Origin: Eledone cirrhosa
Lineage: Eukaryota
Assembly: GCA_964016885.1 (NCBI GenBank)
Contig: OZ024754.1
Span: forward strand, 8,680,001-8,744,000
Reading direction: 5' to 3'
DNA: 64,000 nucleotides
The notes beneath the pieces were generated by a model. That model searched no databases and was not told the DNA's origin. It worked only from the letters and a program-made list of their open reading frames with translations. Position 1 is the first letter of the stretch. Each line of letters begins with the position of its first letter. Below, in pieces: positions 1-13,913 of the stretch. A program made the translations under genes and the position numbers.

Positions 1-3000
1 GTTAGAGAGTGATTGAAGCAGTTTTAAGGCATATACTTCACATAGGACCTCCTATGGCCAGCTAAACCCTGGCAAAACCAAGTTAGAGAGTGATTGAAGC
101 AGTTTTAAGGCATATACTTCACCTAGGACCTCCTCCAGCCAGCTAAACCCTGGTCAATACCAGGTTTGAGAGTGATTGAAGCAGTTTTAAGGGTGTATAC
201 TTCACATAGGACTTCCTACAGCCAGCTAAACCCTGGTTTGAGAGTGATTGAGGAAGTTTTAAGTACGTATACTTCACCTAGGACTTCCTACAGCCAGCTA
301 AACCCTGGCAAAACCAGGTTAGAGAGTGATTGAAGCAGTTTTAAGGGCGTATACTTCACCTAGGACCTCCTACAGCCAGCTAAACCCTGGCAAAACCAAG
401 TTAGAGAGTGATTGAAGCAGTTTTAAGGGCGTATACTTCACATAGGACCTCCTACAGCCAGCTAAACCCTGGCAAAACCAGGTTAGAGAGTGATTGAAGC
501 AGTTTTAAGGGCGTATACTTCACCTAGGACCTCCTACAGCCAGCTAAACCCTGGCAAAACCAAGTTAGAGAGTGATTGAAGCAGTTTTAAGGCATATACT
601 TCACATAGGACCTCCTACGGCCAGTTAAACCCTGGTCATTACCAGGTTAGAGAGTGATTGAAGCAGTTTTAAGGGCATATACTTCACATAGGACCTCCTA
701 CGGCCAGCTAAACCCTGATCAATACCAGGTTTGAGAGTGATTGAAGCAGTTTTAAGGGTGTATACTTCACATAGGACCTCCTACAGCCAGCTAAACCCTG
801 GTTTGAGAGTGATTGAGGCAGTTTTAAGGGCGTATACTTCACCTAGGACCTCCTACAGCCAGCTAAACCCTGGCAAAACCCGGTTAGAGAGTGATTGAAG
901 CAGTTTTAAGGGCGTATACTTCACATAGGACCTCCTACTGCAAGCTAAACCCTGGAAAAACCAGGTTAGAAGGTGATTGAAGCAGTTTTAAGGGCGAATA
1001 CTTCACATAGGACCTCCTACAGCCAGCTAAACCCTGGTCAATACCAGGTTTGAGAGTGATTGAAGCAGTTTTAAGGGTGTATACTTCACATAGGACCTCC
1101 TACAGCCAGCTAAACCCTGGTTTGAGAGTGATTGAGGCAGTTTTAAGGGCGTATACTTCACCTAGGACCTCCTACAGCCAGCTAAACCCTGGCAAAACCA
1201 GGTTAGAGAGTGATTGAAGCAGTTTTAAGGGCGTATACTTCACATAGGACCTCTTACTGCAAGCTAAAACCAGGTTAGAAGGTGATTGAAGCAGTTTTAA
1301 GGGCGTATACTTCACCTAGGACCTCCTCCAGCCAGCTAAACCCTGATCAATACCAGGTTAGAGAGTGATTGAAGCAGTTTTAAGGACGTATACTTCACAT
1401 ATGACCTCCTACAGCCAGCTAAACCCTGGTCAATACCAGGTTAGAGAGTGATTGAAGCAGTTTTAAGGGCGTATACTTCACATATGACCTTCTACTGCCA
1501 GCTAAACCCTGGTCAATACCAGGTTAGAGAGTGATTGAAGCAGTTTTAAGGGTGTATACTTCACATAGGACTTCCTACAGCCAGCTAAACCCTGGTTTGA
1601 GAGTGATTGAGGAAGTTTTAAGTACGTATACTTCACCTAGGACCTCCTACAGCCAGCTAAACCCTGGCAAAACCAGGTTAGAGAGTGATTGAAGCAGTTT
1701 TAAGGGCGTATACTTCACCTAGGACCTCCTACAGCCAGCTAAACCCTGGCAAAACCAAGTTAGAGAGTGATTGAAGCAGTTTTAAGGCATATACTTCACA
1801 TAGGACCTCCTATGGCCAGCTAAACCCTGGCAAAACCAAGTTAGAGAGTGATTGAAGCAGTTTTAAGGCATATACTTCACCTAGGACCTCCTCCAGCCAG
1901 CTAAACCCTGGTCAATACCAGGTTTGAGAGTGATTGAAGCAGTTTTAAGGGTGTATACTTCACATAGGACTTCCTACAGCCAGCTAAACCCTGGTTTGAG
2001 AGTGATTGAGGAAGTTTTAAGTACGTATACTTCACCTAGGACCTCCTACAGCCAGCTAAACCCTGGCAAAACCAGGTTAGAGAGTGATTGAAGCAGTTTT
2101 AAGGGCGTATACTTCACCTAGGACCTCCTACAGCCAGCTAAACCCTGGCAAAACCAAGTTAGAGAGTGATTGAAGCAGTTTTAAGGGCGTATACTTCACC
2201 TAGGACCTCCTACAGCCAGCTAAACCCTGGCAAAACCAGGTTAGAGAGTGATTGAAGCAGTTTTAAGGGCGTATACTTCACCTAGGACCTCCTACAGCCA
2301 GCTAAACCCTGGCAAAACCAAGTTAGAGAGTGATTGAAGCAGTTTTAAGGGCGTATACTTCACCTAGGACCTCCTACAGCCAGCTAAACCCTGGCAAAAC
2401 CAGGTTAGAGAGTGATTGAAGCAGTTTTAAGGGCGTATACTTCACCTAGGACCTCCTACAGCCAGCTAAACCCTGGCAAAACCAAGTTAGAGAGTGATTG
2501 AAGCAGTTTTAAGGCATATACTTCACATAGGACCTCCTACGGCCAGCTAAACCCTGGTCATTACCAGGTTAGAGAGTGATTGAAGCAGTTTTAAGGCATA
2601 TACTTCACATAGGACCTCCTACGGCCAGCTAAACCCTGGTCATTACCAGGTTAGAGAGTGATTGAAGCAGTTTTAAGGGTGTATACTTCACATAGGACCT
2701 CCTACAGCCAGCTAAACCCTGGTTTGAGAGTGATTGAGGCAGTTTTAAGGGCGTATACTTCACCTAGGACCTCCTACAGCCAGCTAAACCCTGGCAAAAC
2801 CAGGTTAGAGAGTGATTGAATCAGTTTTAAGGGCGTATACTTCACATAGGACCTCCTACTGCCAGCTAAACCGTGGCAAAACCAGGTTAGAAGGTGATTG
2901 AAGCAGTTTTAAGGGCGTATACTTCACATAGGACCTCCTGCAGCCAGCTAAACCCTGGTCAATACCAGGTTTGAGAGTGATTGAAGCAGTTTTAAGGGTG

Positions 3001-6000
3001 TATACTTCACCTAGGACCACCTCCAGCTAGCTAAACCCTGGTCAATACCAGGTTAGAGAGTGATTGAAGCAGTTTTAAGGGCGTATACTTCACATAGGAC
3101 CTCCTACAGCCAGCTAAACCCTGGTTTGAGAGTGATTGAGGCAGTTTTAAGGGCGTATACTTCACCTGGGACCTCCTACAGCCAGCTAAACCCTGGCAAA
3201 ACCCGGTTAGAGAGTGATTGAAGCAGTTTTAAGGGCGTATACTTCACATAGGACCTCCTACTGCAAGCTAAACCCTGGAAAAACCAGGTTAGAAGGTGAT
3301 TGAAGCAGTTTTAAGGGCGTATACTTCACATAGGACCTCCTACAGCCAGCTAAACCCTGGTCAATACCAGGTTTGAGAGTGATTGAAGCAGTTTTAAGGG
3401 TGTATACTTCACATAGGACCTCCTACAGCCAGCTAAACCCTGGTTTGAGAGTGATTGAGGCAGTTTTAAGGGCGTATACTTCACCTAGGACCTCCTACAG
3501 CCAGCTAAACCCTGGCAAAACCAGGTTAGAGAGTGATTGAAGCAGTTTTAAGGGCGTATACTTCACATAGGACCTCTTACTGCAAGCTAAAACCAGGTTA
3601 GAAGGTGATTGAAGCAGTTTTAAGGGCGTATACTTCACCTAGGACCTCCTCCAGCCAGCTAAACCCTGATCAATACCAGGTTAGAGAGTGATTGAAGCAG
3701 TTTTAAGGACGTATACTTCACATATGACCTCCTACAGCCAGCTAAACCCTGGTCAATACCAGGTTAGAGAGTGATTGAAGCAGTTTTAAGGGCGTATACT
3801 TCACATATGACCTTCTACTGCCAGCTAAACCCTGGTCAATACCAGGTTAGAGAGTGATTGAAGCAGTTTTAAGGGTGTATACTCCACCTAGGACCTCCTA
3901 CAGCCAGCTAAACCCTGGCAAAACCAAGTTAGAGAGTGATTGAAGCAGTTTTAAGGCATATACTTCACATAGGACCTCCTATGGCCAGCTAAACCCTGGC
4001 AAAACCAAGTTAGAGAGTGATTGAAGCAGTTTTAAGGCATATACTTCACCTAGGACCTCCTCCAGCCAGCTAAACCCTGGTCAATACCAGGTTTGAGAGT
4101 GATTGAAGCAGTTTTAAGGGTGTATACTTCACATAGGACTTCCTACAGCCAGCTAAACCCTGGTTTGAGAGTGATTGAGGAAGTTTTAAGTACGTATACT
4201 TCACCTAGGACCTCCTACAGCCAGCTAAACCCTGGCAAAACCAGGTTAGAGAGTGATTGAAGCAGTTTTAAGGGCGTATACTTCACATAGGACCTCTTAC
4301 TGCAAGCTAAACCCTGGCATAACCAGGTTAGAAGGTGATTGAAGCAGTTTTAAGGGCGTATACTTCACCTAGGACCTCCTCCAGCAAGCTAAACCCTGAT
4401 CAATACCAGGTTAGAGAGTGATTGAAGCAGTTTTAAGGGCGTATACTTCACATATGACCTTCTACTGCCAGCTAAACCCTGGTCAATACCAGGTTAGAGA
4501 GTGATTGAAGCAGTTTTAAGGGCGTATACTTCACATAGGACCTCCTACAGCCACCTAAACCCTGGTCAATACCAGGTTAGAGAGTGATTGAAGCAGTTTT
4601 AAGGGCGTATACTTCACATAGGACCTCCTACAGCCAGCTAAACCCTGGTTTGAGAGTGATTGAGGAAGTTTTAAGTACGTATACTTCACCTAGGACCTCC
4701 TACAGCCAGCTAAACCCTGGCAAAACCAGGTTAGAGAGTGATTGAAGCAGTTTTAAGGGCGTATACTTCACCTAGGACCTCCTACAGCCAGCTAAACCCT
4801 GGCAAAACCAAGTTAGAGAGTGATTGAAGCAGTTTTAAGGGCGTATACTTCACCTAGGACCTCCTACAGCCAGCTAAACCCTGGCAAAACCAGGTTAGAG
4901 AGTGATTGAAGCAGTTTTAAGGGCGTATACTTCACCTAGGACCTCCTACAGCCAGCTAAACCCTGGCAAAACCAAGTTAGAGAGTGATTGAAGCAGTTTT
5001 AAGGCATATACTTCACATAGGACCTCCTACGGCCAGCTAAACCCTGGTCATTACCAGGTTAGAGAGTGATTGAAGCAGTTTTAAGGGCATATACTTCACA
5101 TAGGACCTCCTACGGCCAGCTAAACCCTGATCAATACCAGGTTAGAGAGTGATTGAAGCAGTTTTAAGGGCGTATACTTCACATAGGACCTCCTACAGCC
5201 AGCTAAACCCTGGTTTGAGAGTGATTGAGGCAGTTTTAAGGGCGTATACTTCACCTAGGACCTCCTACAGCCAGCTAAACCCTGGCAAAACCAGGTTAGA
5301 GAGTGATTGAAGCAGTTTTAAGGGCGTATACTTCACATAGGACCTCCTACTGCAAGCTAAACCCTGGCAAAACCAGGTTAGAAGGTGATTGAAGCAGTTT
5401 TAAGGGCGTATACTTCACCTAGGACCTCCTACAGCCAGCTAAACCCTGGCAAAACCAAGTTAGAGAGTGATTGAAGCAGTTTTAAGGGCGTATACTTCAC
5501 CTAGGACCTCCTACAGCCAGCTAAACCCTGGCAAAACCAGGTTAGAGAGTGATTGAAGCAGTTTTAAGGGCGTATACTTCACCTAGGACCTCCTACAGCC
5601 AGCTAAACCCTGGCAAAACCAAGTTAGAGAGTGATTGAAGCAGTTTTAAGGCATATACTTCACATAGGACCTCCTACGGCCAGCTAAACCCTGGTCATTA
5701 CCAGGTTAGAGAGTGATTGAAGCAGTTTTAAGGGCATATACTTCACATAGGACCTCCTACGGCCAGCTAAACCCTGATCAATACCAGGTTAGAGAGTGAT
5801 TGAAGCAGTTTTAAGGGCGTATACTTCACATAGGACCTCCTACAGCCAGCTAAACCCTGGTTTGAGAGTGATTGAGGCAGTTTTAAGGGCGTATACTTCA
5901 CCTAGGACCTCCTACAGCCAGCTAAACCCTGGCAAAACCAGGTTAGAGAGTGATTGAAGCAGTTTTAAGGGCGTATACTTCACATAGGACCTCCTACTGC

Positions 6001-9000
6001 AAGCTAAACCCTGGAAAAACCAGGTTAGAAGGTGATTGAAGCAGTTTTAAGGGCGTATACTTCACATAGGACCTCCTACGGCCAGCTAAACCCTGGTCAA
6101 TACCAGGTTAGAGAGTGATTGAAGCAGTTTTAAGGGCGTATACTTCACCTAGGACCTCCTCCAGCCAGCTAAACCCTGGTCAATACCAGGTTAGAGAGTG
6201 ATTGAAGCAGTTTTAAGGGCATATACTTCACATAGGACCTCCTACAGCCAGCTAAACCCTGGTCAGTACCAGGTTAGAGAGTGATTGAAGCAGTTTTAAG
6301 GGCGTATACTTCACCTAGGACCTCCTCCAGCAAGCTAAACCCTGATCAATACCAGGTTAGAGAGTGATTGAAGCAGTTTTAAGGGCGTATACTTCACATA
6401 TGACCTCCTACAGCCAGCTAAACCCTGGCAAAACCAGGTTAGAGAGTGATTGAAGCAGTTTTAAGGGCGTATACTTCACATAGGACCTCTTACTGCAAGC
6501 TAAACCCTGGCATAACCAGGTTAGAAGGTGATTGAAGCAGTTTTAAGGGCGTATACTTCACCTAGGACCTCCTCCAGCAAGCTAAACCCTGATCAATACC
6601 AGGTTAGAGAGTGATTGAAGCAGTTTTAAGGGCGTATACTTCACATATGACCTTCTACTGCCAGCTAAACCCTGGTCAATACCAGGTTAGAGAGTGATTG
6701 AAGCAGTTTTAAGGGCGTATACTTCACATAGGACCTCCTACAGCCACCTAAACCCTGGTCAATACCAGGTTAGAGAGTGATTGAAGCAGTTTTAAGGGCG
6801 TATACTTCACATAGGACCTCCTACAGCCAGCTAATCCCTGGTTTGAGAGTGATTGAGGCAGTTTTAAGGGCGTATACTTCACCTAGGACCTCCTACAGCC
6901 AGCTAAACCCTGGCAAAACCAGGTTAGAGAGTAATTGAAGCAGTTTTAAGGGCGTATACTTCACATAGGACCTCCTACTGCCAGCTAAACCCTGGCAAAA
7001 CCAGGTTAGAAGGTGAGTGAAGCAGTTTTAAGGGCGTATACTTCACATAGGACCTCCTGCAGCCAGCTAAACCCTGGTCAATACCAGGTTAGAGAGTGAT
7101 TGAAGCAGTTTTAAGGGCATATACTTCACATAGGACCTCCTACGGCCAGCTAAACTCTGGTCAATACCAGGTTAGAGAGTGATTGAAGCAGTTTTAAGGG
7201 CGTATACTTCACCTAGGACCTCCTCCAGCCAGCTAAACCCTGGTCAATACCAGGTTAGAGAGTGATTGAAGCAGTTTTAAGTGTGTATACTTCACATAGG
7301 ACCTCCTACAGCCAGCTAAACCCTAGTTTGAGAGTGATTGAGGCAGTGTTAAGGGCGTATACTTCACCTAGGACCTCCTACAGCCAGCTAAACCCTGGCA
7401 AAACCCGGTTAGAGAGTGATTGAAGCAGTTTTAAGGGCGTATACTTCACATAGGACCTCCTACTGCCAGCTAAACCCTAGCAAAACCAGGTTAGAAGGTG
7501 ATTGAAGCAGTTTTAAGGGCGTATACTTCACATAGGACCTCCTACAGCCAGCTAAACCCTGGTTTGAGAGTGATTGAAGCAGTTTTAAGGGCGTATACTT
7601 CACATAGGACCCCCTACTGCCAGCTAAACCCTAGCAAAACCAGGTTAGAAGGTGATTGAAGCAGTTTTAAGGGCGTATACTTCACATAGGACCTCCTACA
7701 GCCAGCTAAACCCTGTTTTGAGAGTGATTGAGGTAGTTTTAAGGGCGTATACTTCACCTAGGACCTCCTGCTGCCAGCTAAACCCTGGTCAATACCAGGT
7801 TAGAGAGTGATTGAAGCAGTTTTAAGGGAGTATACTTCACATAGGACCTCCTACAGCCAGCTAAACCCTGGTTTGAGAGTGATTGAGGCAGTTTTAAGGG
7901 CGTATACTTCACCTAGGACCTCCTACAGCCAGCTAAACCCTGGCAAAACCAGGTTAGAGAGTGATTGAAGCAGTTTTAAGGGCGTATACTTCACATAGGA
8001 CCTCCTGCAGCCAGCTAAACCCTGGTCAATACTAGGTTTGAGAGTGATTGAAGCAGTTTTAAGGGTGTATACTTCACCTAGGACCACCTCCAGCTAGCTA
8101 AACCCTGGTCAATACCAGGTTAGAGAGTGATTGAAGCAGTTTTAAGGGCGTATACTTCACATAGGACCTCCTACAGCCAGCTAAACCCTGGTTTGAGAGT
8201 GATTGAGGCAGTTTTAAGGGCGTATACTTCACCTGGGACCTCCTACAGCCAGCTAAACCCTGGCAAAACCCGGTTAGAGAGTGATTGAAGCAGTTTTAAG
8301 GGCGTATACTTCACATAGGACCTCCTACTGCAAGCTAAACCCTGGAAAAACCAGGTTAGAAGGTGATTGAAGCAGTTTTAAGGGCGTATACTTCACATAG
8401 GACCTCCTGCAGCCAGCTAAACCCTGGTCAATACCAGGTTTGAGAGTGATTGAAGCAGTTTTAAGGGTGTATACTTCACATAGGACCTCCTACAGCCAGC
8501 TAAACCCTGGTTTGAGAGTGATTGAGGCAGTTTTAAGGGCGTATACTTCACCTAGGACCTCCTACAGCCAGCTAAACCCTGGCAAAACCAGGTTAGAGAG
8601 TGATTGAAGCAGTTTTAAGGGCGTATACTTCACATATGACCTCCTACAGCCAGCTAAACCCTGGTCAATACCAGGTTAGAGAGCGATTGAAGCAGTTTTA
8701 AGGGCGTATACTTCACATATGACCTCCTACAGCCAGCTAAACCCTGGTCAATACCAGGTTAGAGAGTGATTGAAGCAGTTTTAAGGGCGTATACTTCACA
8801 TATGACCTTCTACTGCCAGCTAAACCCTGGTCAATACCAGGTTAGAGAGTGATTGAAGCAGTTTTAAGGGCGTATACTTCACATATGACCTTCTACAGCC
8901 AGCTAAACCCTGGTCAATACCAGGTTAGAGAGTGATTGAAGCAGTTTTAAGGGTGTATACTTCACATAGGACTTCCTACAGCCAGCTAAACCCTGGTTTG

Positions 9001-11850
9001 AGAGTGATTGAGGAAGTTTTAAGTACGTATACTTCACCTAGGACCTCCTACAGCCAGCTAAACCCTGGCAAAACCAGGTTAGAGAGTGATTGAAGCAGTT
9101 TTAAGGGCGTATACTTCACCTAGGACCTCCTACAGCCAGCTAAAACCTGGCAAAACCAAGTTAGAGAGTGATTGAAGCAGTTTTAAGGCATATACTTCAC
9201 ATAGGACCTCCTATGGCCAGCTAAACCCTGGCAAAACCAAGTTAGAGAGTGATTGAAGCAGTTTTAAGGCATATACTTCACCTAGGACCTCCTCCAGCCA
9301 GCTAAACCCTGGTCAATACCAGGTTTGAGAGTGATTGAAGCAGTTTTAAGGGTGTATACTTCACATAGGACTTCCTACAGCCAGCTAAACCCTGGTTTGA
9401 GAGTGATTGAGGAAGTTTTAAGTACGTATACTTCACCTAGGACCTCCTACAGCCAGCTAAACCCTGGCAAAACCAGGTTAGAGAGTGATTGAAGCAGTTT
9501 TAAGGGCGTATACTTCACCTAGGACCTCCTACAGCCAGCTAAACCCTGGCAAAACCAAGTTAGAGAGTGATTGAAGCAGTTTTAAGGCATATACTTCACA
9601 TAGGACCTCCTACGGCCAGCTAAACCCTGGTCATTACCAGGTTAGAGAGTGATTGAAGCAGTTTTAAGGGCATATACTTCACATAGGACCTCCTACGGCC
9701 AGCTAAACCCTGATCAATACCAGGTTAGAGAGTGATTGAAGCAGTTTTAAGGGCGTATACTTCACATAGGACCTCCTACAGCCACCTAAACCCTGGTCAA
9801 TACCAGGTTAGAGAGTGATTGAAGCAGTTTTAAGGGCGTATACTTCACATAGGACCTCCTACAGCCAGCTAAACCCTGGTTTGAGAGTGATTGAGGCAGT
9901 TTTAAGGGCGTATACTTCACCTAGGACCTCCTACAGCCAGCTAAACCCTGGCAAAACCAGGTTAGAGAGTGATTGAAGCAGTTTTAAGGGCGTATACTTC
10001 ACATAGGACCTCCTACTGCAAGCTAAACCCTGGAAAAACCAGGTTAGAATGTGATTGAAGCAGTTTTAAGGGCGTATACTTCACATAGGACCTCCTACGG
10101 CCAGCTAAACCCTGGTCAATACCAGGTTAGAGAGTGATTGAAGCAGTTTTAAGGGCGTATACTTCACCTAGGACCTCCTCCAGCCAGCTAAACCCTGGTC
10201 AATACCAGGTTAGAGAGTGATTGAAGCAGTTTTAAGGGCATATACTTCACATAGGACCTCCTACAGCCAGCTAAACCCTGGTCAATACCAGGTTAGAGAG
10301 TGATTGAAGCAGTTTTAAGGGCGTATACTTCACCTAGGACCTCCTCCAGCCAGCTAAACCCTGATCAATACCAGGTTAGAGAGTGATTGAAGCAGTTTTA
10401 AGGGCGTATACTTCACATAGGACCTCTTACTGCAAGCTAAACCCTGGCAAAACCAGGTTAGAAGGTGATTGAAGCAGTTTTAAGGGCGTATACTTCACCT
10501 AGGACCTCCTCCAGCCAGCTAAACCCTGATCAATACCAGGTTAGAGAGTGATTGAAGCAGTTTTAAGGGCGTATACTTCACATATGACCTTCTACTGCCA
10601 GCTAAACCCTGGTCAATACCAGGTTAGAGAGTGATTGAAGCAGTTTTAAGGGCGTATACTTCACATAGGACCTCCTACAGCCACCTAAACCCTGGTCAAT
10701 ACCAGGTTAGAGAGTGATTGAAGCAGTTTTAAGGGCGTATACTTCACATAGGACCTCCTACAGCCAGCTAATCCCTGGTTTGAGAGTGATTGAGGCAGTT
10801 TTAAGGGCGTATACTTCACCTAGGACCTCCTACAGCCAGCTAAACCCTGGCAAAACCAGGTTAGAGAGTAATTGAAGCAGTTTTAAGGGCGTATACTTCA
10901 CAAAGGACCTCCTACTGCCAGCTAAACCCTGGCAAAACCAGGTTAGAAGGTGAGTGAAGCAGTTTTAAGGGCGTATACTTCACATAGGATCTCCTGCAGC
11001 CAGCTAAACCCTGGTCAATACCAGGTTTGAGAGTGATTGAAGCAGTTTTAAGGGCATATACTTCACATAGGACCTCCTACGGCCAGCTAAACTCTGGTCA
11101 ATACCAGGTTAGAGAGTGATTGAAGCAGTTTTAAGGGCGTATACTTCACCTAGGACCTCCTCCAGCCAGCTAAACCCTGGTCAATACCAGGTTAGAGAGT
11201 GATTGAAGCAGTTTTAAGTGTGTATACTTCACATAGGACCTCCTACAGCCAGCTAAACCCTAGTTTGAGAGTGATTGAGGCAGTGTTAAGGGCGTATACT
11301 TCACCTAGGACCTCCTACAGCCAGCTAAACCCTGGCAAAACCCGGTTAGAGAGTGATTGAAGCAGTTTTAAGGGCGTATACTTCACATAGGACCTCCTAC
11401 TGCCAGCTAAACCCTAGCAAAACCAGGTTAGAAGGTGATTGAAGCAGTTTTAAGGGCGTATACTTCACATAGGACCTCCTACAGCCAGCTAAACCCTGGT
11501 TTGAGAGTGATTGAAGCAGTTTTAAGGGCGTATACTTCACATAGGACCTCCTACTGCCAGCTAAACCCTAGCAAAACCAGGTTAGAAGGTGATTGAAGCA
11601 GTTTTAAGGGCGTATACTTCACATAGGACCTCCTACAGCCAGCTAAACCCTGGTTTGAGAGTGATTGAAGCAGTTTTAAGGGCGTATACTTCACATAGGA
11701 CCTCCTACTGCCAGCTAAACCCTAGCAAAACCAGGTTAGAAGGTGATTGAAGCAGTTTTAAGGGCGTATACTTCACATAGGACCTCCTACAGCCAGCTAA
11801 ACCCTGGTTTGAGAGTGATTGAGGCAGTTTTAAGGGCGTATACTTCACCT
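1..11850 (+). repeat. Tandem satellite DNA array, ~82-bp monomer (81-, 72- and 70-bp variants); runs off the left edge of the window
   Basis: Consensus GTTAGAGAGTGATTGAAGCAGTTTTAAGGGCGTATACTTCAC(C/A)TAGGACCTCCTACAGCCAGCTAAACCCTGG(CAAA/TCAAT)ACCAG repeated head-to-tail with few substitutions. Confidence 0.98.
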
Positions 11851-12130
11851 AGGACTTCTCGTAAGAACCTATACGGCCAGCTGAACCATAGTCTGTGCCT
11901 GCTTAAAGTGTGAAAGGAGCAGTTTAAGGACGTTATACTTCTTGTGAGATCCTCTACGACCAGCTAAACCTTGGTCAATGCCAGATTAAATGGTGAAAGG
12001 AGCAGTTTAAGGACGTATACTTCTCATACGGCTAGCTAAAACTTGGTCAATGCCATGAGCCAGCTAAACCCTGGTCAATACCAGGTTTGAGAGTGATTGA
12101 AGCAGTTTTAAGGGCGTATACTTCACATAC
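11851..12130 (+). repeat. Diverged satellite monomers at the array edge
   Basis: GCAGTTTAAGGACGTATACTT and CCAGCTAAACC(T/C)TGGTCAAT motifs are retained among many substitutions. Confidence 0.9.
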
Positions 12131-13913
12131 GGATATATATATATATGTGTACGTACATATAAATGATATATATATATATTGCCAAGTGGTCCCTTTAGAA
12201 ATACACATTTCATATATATATATTTTTTAGATACCTTTTCTAGATTTATCTTATTTTTAGACACTTCATTAACATTCTTAGTTTCCTTTCTCTTTAGATA
12301 TTCTCATTATTCAAGGGGCGATAACTCATACTTTTCAATAGTTAACTCCCTTTAATTGAAAAAAAAATTTCTAGATTCAGCTGACTTTTAGACACTTAGT
12401 TTTCTTTCTCTTCAAACATTCTTACTATTCAAGGGCCACAACTCAGAGTTTTCAATAGTTAACTCCCTTTAGTTAAAAAAAAAAAAAAAGTATTCGCCTT
12501 TAGTACTACCGTTTTAATGATAATACGTGTTCGAATTTATTTTAGACTCGGGATTTCTTTCAAAGACGAGAGCCTTGTCTTGAAGCTGATTTCTTTTGTC
12601 AAAAAATATCAACACAACTCGTATATAATAAGTAAGGATTTCTTTATTAACAGAAACTTTGTTTATGAGTCTAATAAACTGAACACAACTCGTATAAAGA
12701 TTTTTTTTTTCTTTTTATTAACAGGAAACTTGGACTTGTAAATACTTTTGCAGCAAACAACACAGCATCTGACCGAGAAGGCTGGATGGACATCTGTAAG
12801 AAAGATGAAATAAGAAAAACTATGAAAGTCATTTATATACGTTGTCAATAAAAATCTTTATCAAATTCTTCCAGTTTTATGTACATATGTGTGTATATAC
12901 TCTAAACACATACGTTGTCAATAAAAAAATGTTGAACTTTATAAAATTCTTCCAACTTAATTTTTACAGTATATATATATGTGTGTGTATGTAGTTTTGC
13001 ACGAATTAATTGAGAATGCCATTTTAAAATGGTGATGTGAGTGTGATAAAACAAACAGCACCACTGATAGGAAATGGGATGATGGACCTCAAGCTGTGGT
13101 GTCTGTCCTAAATAGAAAGCTAATCATTGCTATGGTAAAGTTAGAACAAAGTTGTCTCTGATCGAGATGAAGCGAGAGTGGATTTGAATAGATATAAAAA
13201 TAAGAAAAGTCATCGCTAGAACAACTAAATGCTATCAGTGATGCCTAGTGTCGAGATTTATATATATATATATAGAGAGAGAGAGAGGGAAAAATGTTAG
13301 TTAAAACATTACATGAACACAATATCCAAAATGATTTTGTTTTCACCAGTTCAATTGAAAAGAAAATTCCAAATGAATTTTTCGTAATTCGAATCAATTG
13401 AAAAGAATTCCATAGAAGGGAAATAACTCTAATCAAATTTAGAGCAAAAGGGTGTAAGACTGATTCCTCTCGCGATCCATGACACTGCAGACAGATAGAA
13501 TGGTCACACCATACAGAAGTCCGGACCGCTGCGCACATCGACACGCGAAGCCGCAAGACTACAGAGTAAATTAGTCATACTTATAGGTAAAACTTTATTT
13601 ATTTTAATAAATAATTGTTTCTACTTTTGGCACAAGGCCAGCAATTCACCAGTACATTACTGGTACTTTATTTTATCGACCCCGTAAGGATGAGTGGCAA
13701 AAAAATAATATAGAAACGGAAAGAAAGCGAGATAAAACGCCTCAAACTATATTTCGTGTGTTAACTCACTCATTCCGTTTCTATATATAAATTAATTTAG
13801 AAAATACTAGTACAATTAACATGGAATTAAATACACTTATTTCACGATGGTAACATATATGTTACAGACAAATGTTTCTGGAAATAAGATGCAAACTTTC
13901 AATCATCTGAAAA

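Noticed and set aside
1-11850. CRISPR-like array, or ribozyme-bearing (retrozyme-type) satellite
   Set aside because: No unique spacers and a eukaryotic context; no CTGANGA...GAAA hammerhead core found on either strand of the monomer
13500-13560. Loose similarity of minus-strand CGGCTTCGCGTGTCGATG..CGCAGC to the 5' part of 5.8S rRNA
   Set aside because: The similarity is short and gapped and does not extend; no other rDNA is nearby
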